Shown: positions 55,901 through 61,900 of the stretch, in pieces | How positions within the stretch are numbered: position 1 is the stretch's first letter | Layout of the letters: every line of letters begins with the position of its first letter | Assembly: GCA_947586855.1 (NCBI GenBank) | Contig: CANPXV010000001.1 | Coordinates: forward strand, 81,350-145,349 | Length of the DNA: 64,000 bases | Origin: an uncultured Clostridia bacterium | GTDB lineage: Bacteria > Bacillota > Clostridia > Christensenellales > CAG-314 | Reading direction: 5' to 3' | Made by a program: the position numbers and the translations under genes | Notes under the pieces: model-generated | The model's input: the letters and a program-made list of their open reading frames with translations, nothing else | Told to the model about the DNA's origin: nothing | The model's database searches: none

Positions 55901-58900
55901 AACTCCGCCTTCAAAGCTGACGATGTAGCTGCCGCTTTCTGTGTAGGCGCCCGTGACAGTGTAGGGGCCAACGTCGACGCCGGGAGCCTTGGTCAACCTG
56001 ACGCCGAGAATATCCTCTTTGTCGCCGGTAGCAAGGGTGCTACCGTCCTTCAACTCCCACGTCAACTCTTCTGCGGTGGGTTCTTCGCCGTTGTACTCGT
56101 GCTCGATGTGGTCTATCGTGATGGTGATTTCGCGAGGCGTCACGGTGAAGGTGCCGGCGTGCTCTTTGTACGGGGTGTCGGCGTCGATAGCGAAACCGCT
56201 GTCCGAGCCATAATTGCCTGCGCCGTCAAAAGTGCCCGCAAGCGTTATCTTGTATTGAGCGCCCACAGTATAGTTGTAGTCGTCTTGCGTCTCACCACCG
56301 ATGTAATATTTGGCGTTCGTGGCGGAAACATCGAATTTTGCAATGATAGCATAGCTACCCGCATTGAGCCACTTGTTGGAGCCCTTGCTCCAATTGTCGT
56401 TGTGGACAATGGAAAGGGTGATGCCGCCAAACAAAATATTCTTGTCTGCAGCAAGAATGGCCGCACCGGTATAACCTTTATCAACGGTGTAGCTATGTTG
56501 GAGCAAAGTATCTTTGGCAAGCATTTGGCCAAGCTGTATGGCGTTTTGATCGTAGTCGCCGTATTGAGCGGACAAATTGCCGATAGTAAGAACGATCTCG
56601 CGCTCGGTCACAGTGTAGGTGCCCGCTTTGCCGTTGTAGTCGTCCGAGCCCGTCCAAGCGCCCACAAAGGTGATGTTGTAGTCGTCTGTGGACGCAAGGG
56701 ATATGCTGTGGTCGGTTATCGAATAGGTGCCGACAAGCAAATTGCCGTCCTGTTTTGCGCTGTATTTGCCACCGTTGATGCCAAGGCTGATACCAAGGCT
56801 ATCGGTACGGTAAACGACATAGTGTTTGGGATCGCTCTCCGAACTGTCCCAATCTTCCTGCCAGTTCCAAACGAACTTATGTGATGTTGCGTAGTCTCCA
56901 TATTTGGACGGATCGACGAGCGACCAACCGATGTTTTCAACACTACTTAGGGCGTCGGCCTCTCCATAGACGGCGCTTCGGTTTTCGATGCGGACGATGA
57001 TGTTGCGCGCAGCAATTACAAACGTGCCGGTCAGTTCACCGCTGAAGTTGCCGCTTGCCGCTATGGTTGCGGTAGCCTCGCCCGCATGAGTATTGTTGTT
57101 GTAACCTGTTATCTTGAACAAGTCGTCATTCAACTCAACTTCATTTTCTTCGGTTGCGCCCCGTTTGAAGGTAATGGTCTTTTCGCCAACGGTCACTCTG
57201 ACTTCCGTGATCTCGTTGGTGATAGCAGTACCCGTGTACACCCTTTCGGGTATGGAAACTTCAACTTTCTTTACATTTTCATCGTTGATATCCAACGGCG
57301 TGATCTGGAACTGTTGCGAACGCGTTGCCTCGCCATAGGAGTCGAATGCGAAGTTGTGGTTGGAAAGGGTCACCGCAACGTTGTAAAAACCAACATCAAC
57401 AGGCTTTTTATTGTCGCCAAGTTTTGCGCTCGTGCTGCTGGTGGTATAGCTGAGAGTATACTTGCCGATCTTGCTGTCGACATCCAACCCCTCGATAGCG
57501 TTTACAAGAGAGAACTTGACTGCCGGTTCTTGCTCCAAGGCGTTGTACACTTTCGGCTCAAAGCTATCCAAGGATACCACGGCAGGATTGATGGTGAATG
57601 TGCAATCCATTGTGCTGGATGACTTGCCCTGTTGATAGAACTCAAAGTTTGCGTGGTCGAAGGACGCCTGATATTTGTAACTGCCAATATGGCTGGGGCC
57701 GGCTTCATTCCACACCACGTCACAGAACACACCCTCCAACTTGGCCTGGAAAGCCCCATAGTCCTTGAGCGGTTCGCCGTCGTACGTAAATTGATCGTCG
57801 GTCAAATCCCCGCCGAACTTTACCACCAAAGTGTGGCCATCGGGGGTTGTGTATGTTATCAGGTAGCCTATCTGGGCAACCTTTGTGCCGTCCACAGCGC
57901 TGAACGTCAAGGTCCAGGCGCCAATGCCGCCGTAGTCGGTTGATTTGCCGCCATTGCCAAAGAAGTGCGTTTTGCCGTCGTAGGTTGCGCTGGTTAGGCC
58001 CTGTGTTGCGTACACGCGAAGCGGAGTTATCTCAAATTGTCCCGTTGTGGAGTCGGAATAGGCAGGTTTGTTCTCGTCCCAAGCCGCAGAGCGGAATTGG
58101 AAGTTTTTGAGATCGTCGCCCTTCAATGTGACGGTTACATCGTACTTGCCGGCATAGTAGGGCTTGTCGTTTTTCAGTTGAGCGTTAGGAGTTTCAGTGT
58201 TCGGCCGCATCAACGTCTGACTACCACTCACTGCGTAGGACAGTGTGTATTGCGTGGGCGTGATGCTGTTGCCGTCCAAATTGGTAAAGCGTATGACGGC
58301 GTCTTGCTCATTGCGATTGTAGGTCTTGGATGAAGGTGCATCCAATGCTACCGTAGCCTTGCCGACGGTAAACTCCACAACATAGTTGTCGGTGTAGTTT
58401 CCTTTGCCCGTCACCAAGATGCGATATTTGCCGGCATTGTTTATCGCTGCCGTACGAGTAGCAGTCCACGTGCCGTCATCTCCTTGCATAAAGTAAGACA
58501 ATGAGTAGTCGGCATTGGCGATCATGACGACTTGGTCAAATCCGGAGGGATTGTAGTTGAACGCAACGTTGACGGCTTGCCAACCACCGTTGTACACAAG
58601 CGTGATGCCAGACAGCAAAGTTTCTTCGATTTCGCCATCGTTTTGTTCTGCGAAGTCATTGTCTTGTACGTTGCTGGCTTTGCCCAAACTCTTGGCCGAT
58701 ATCTCAAACGTCAGCGAAATTGTTCCGCTGTAGTTGTTGGCGCCGGTGATGGTTACGGTAGCCTTGGTTCCGTTGGAGGCATTGAGGTTGTCCCTGTAGG
58801 CCAAAGTGTAGTCGCCTTTGGAGCCCGTAACTCTTGTGAGCGCCTTGCCACCGTACAATACGTTTTCGATAGGTTCCCAGTTGGACGCTATGTATCTGTA

Positions 58901-61900
58901 AATACCGGTGATAATTGCGCCGTCAAGCTTGACACCCGCATCACTGCCCGTGGAGTCGGCATAAAACTCAAATGTGAGTTGTTCGTCTGTCAACACCAGC
59001 TCTTTGGCGTTGATGTTGTACACTATCGTCGTGCTGTAACCGCCAGTAGACAGGCAGAAGTTGCCTGTCTCTTTGAGAGAGATGTGCACGGTGTACTTGC
59101 CGACGTTTTTGTAATCGTCGGATCTTTTTTTAACTTCTTCGCTTGTTGTAGCACTGCCACTCCAACCGGAGTACTCGAATTGAGCATAGTAGTTGCCGGC
59201 AGTGAGTAATGTCTCTTGTCCGACGGGTTCGCGATTTTCGGGAAGAGCGTTGTTGCCGCTGTTGTTGTTAAACCACACCCACAGACGGTGTTCTGTTCCG
59301 TCGTAGGGAATTTGCAGTGCGTCACCCGCAAGAGGCGTGTTGCCCGTCGGATCTGTGACGCTATCAAACAGATAGGGCGTGAGGGATGCCTGCGCAATCT
59401 CGAAGGTGAACACTTCCATTATCACGCAATGGCAATCGTCGTGGTAGCAGTCAGGTCTGAGCGCTGCGTCGGGTTCTTGGCCGCCGCTTATCTCGTAGTT
59501 GCAGTTGTCCAACACCAATTTGAGGGTAAATTTGCCCGCATTGGTAAAGGCTTCGCGCAATTGCTGAATTTCGTCAGAGTGCGAGGAAGTTGCGTCTTCG
59601 GTGTATGTCACACGACCTTCGGCATCGTATCCAAAGTGAATGTGTTTGTGAGTAGACGCCTCTCCCGAGGAGCTGTCACATTCGGGCGTACATGCGCCAA
59701 AGTGGACAAAGTTGCCTGTTTCCTGTCCCGTTGTGTAGTGGAACACAAGGAAGGGCGCACCCGCAAATGCGGCAGTTTGTCCCTTGTCGTCGCCCTGCTC
59801 GGGATAGCGTGTGCCGTCGGCTTTGAGATAGTAGCCCTGCGTGTCCATGCGATAGACATACAGCACATAGGGCACGTCTGCCACTTCGGCATTGCCCCTG
59901 AGGTTGTTGAATTTGATTGCAAGGGCGTCGTTGGTGTGACGTCCCTGACGAGCCACAGCCTTGCCTTTGTCGCTGTCTTTGACTGTGTAGTCGTAGTCGA
60001 ACACAACGTTGCGGACCTGCTGCGTAAGCAGGATATCCAATTGCTCGATTGTGTAGTCTGTGCTGTAATACGTGCCCGCAGCAAAGTTTGTGTTGTTTGC
60101 TACTGTGACTTCGTGTTTGAGAGCGTCTGTTTTACCCTTGGTGAGGGCGTCGTTGTCAACAGCGCCGTCTGCAACGGGATAGCCGGTGATGATTTGAACG
60201 TCCCCACCATCGTAATTAAAGTTTTGCCCTTTTGCGTGGGGGCCGACAAACTCAAAGTTGCCCTGTGCGTCGCCAAGCAGCACCACATGCGCCTTGTAAA
60301 CGTCCGCATAGCTGGGCAAGCCGAGGAAGTTGCCATCGGCATACGCCATAGCGACGGTTTGCCACTTGTTGGTGGCAACAAACCAGTAGCCCCACTCGGG
60401 ATCTCCATCGCCGTTGACGGGGACGGCCGTGCCGCCGCTTGCATTGCGGAAAGTAATCGTGGGCAACTGAATGGCACGGTTGAAGGTGACGGGGTCGATG
60501 TTGACTATGGAAACCTTGGCCCTCTGCACCTGCACGTTGGATACATAGGCACCCTTAAAGTTGCCTTGCCCCACTGCCACAACGCAATAGTTGCCGGCAG
60601 CCTCGATTTTGTCCACCTTGGTGTAGCCATCGAGGCCCTCCTTGTAGTACGCAAGAGTGTAGCCCGTGTTGTTTATCAATACGTAATCACCTTGCTCCTC
60701 GCCGCGGTCAAGAGTGTATCTCGGTGCAAAGGAGAAGGTCTCTTTGTTGTAGGTGAGCGTCTCGGAGAGGTTGACAACGGAAATATCTTTGTCGTTGTCG
60801 CCCATGGTGAGGGTGTCGTCCGCCGTGCTTGTGCCAAGCGAACGGGGCGAAACGGTAAACTCTTTGGTGATTGTGCCTTGATAGTCGTTGCGGCCGCTGA
60901 TTTGTATCTGGGCGGTGCCTGCGTTGGTGTTGTTGGAGTAGTTGACGTTGTAGTCGGTACTTGCATCAAGCGATTTTTCGCTCTCGCCAAACATTACGCT
61001 TACGCCTGTCAACGGAGTGATGGGCAAACCATTGAAGTAGAAACTGCCCGTGATGTTTCCACCGACGTAGCTGCCGCCGTTCAGCGTCAGGTCAAGCGTG
61101 GAGTCCTTGCTGATATCGTGCGGGTTGATGACGAAGTTGGAAAGCACGCTTGTTGTGCCGGAGGAATCGAACTGGAAGTTGCCGTCTTTGAGGTGCGCCA
61201 CAAGTTGGTAGGTGCCTGCGTGGATAAACGAGTCTCCATCCGACGACCAGCCGTTATAAGTAAACGTCAGCCAAAATTCGTTGTCTCCCTCTGTGTAACC
61301 ATCTGCGGAACGGGTAGGCAAAACATCCTCATTGGCGCCAATGGCGTTGGTGAGGGTGATTTGCAGTGTGCCGACAGCGTTGAGCGCCTTTTTGTGCGGC
61401 TGACCGTCAAATCCATATGACGAACTGCCCCAGCCAATGATGACTGTGGCTTTTGTGATGACAAACGTGCGGGTGACGGAATCGGCGCCGTCCGCTGCGT
61501 CATCGACAATGTAGTTGATCTTTTGATCGTCCGAGAAGGTTACGGTAACGGTGTATTCGCCCGCATTGAGCGGCTTGCCGGTGCTGCCGAGTTTGGCGTT
61601 GTCGCCGTTTTCCGCATACGTAAGGTTGTGCCCTTCTGCCGGGATGCCGCTGCCGTTGGTAACGCTGACAGTCGCATCCTGCTCTTTCCCGTTGTACACA
61701 ACACTGTTCGGTGCAGATACAATCAGTTTGTCGGGGGTGATTTTGTAATTATACTCCTGCGGCTTAACCGTGTAGTCGTTGGCGGCAGATCCGTTGAGTG
61801 TAATTGAAAGTACGTATTCGCCTGCATTCAGCAATTTATCCACAGATTGCGATACCGAGCCGTTGCGAGGCGTGTATTGGATGGACAGGCTGTAACCATT

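Noticed and set aside
38297-61420. Many long plus-strand ORFs (about 500-760 aa, e.g. 38297-40585, 47642-49909, 50246-52498, 54758-56884, 59216-61420) antisense to the giant gene.
   Set aside because: They are low-complexity V/G/A/D/R-rich shadows of the minus-strand frame, with no SD and no recognisable motifs. They are an expected artefact of codon bias in a very long repetitive gene.
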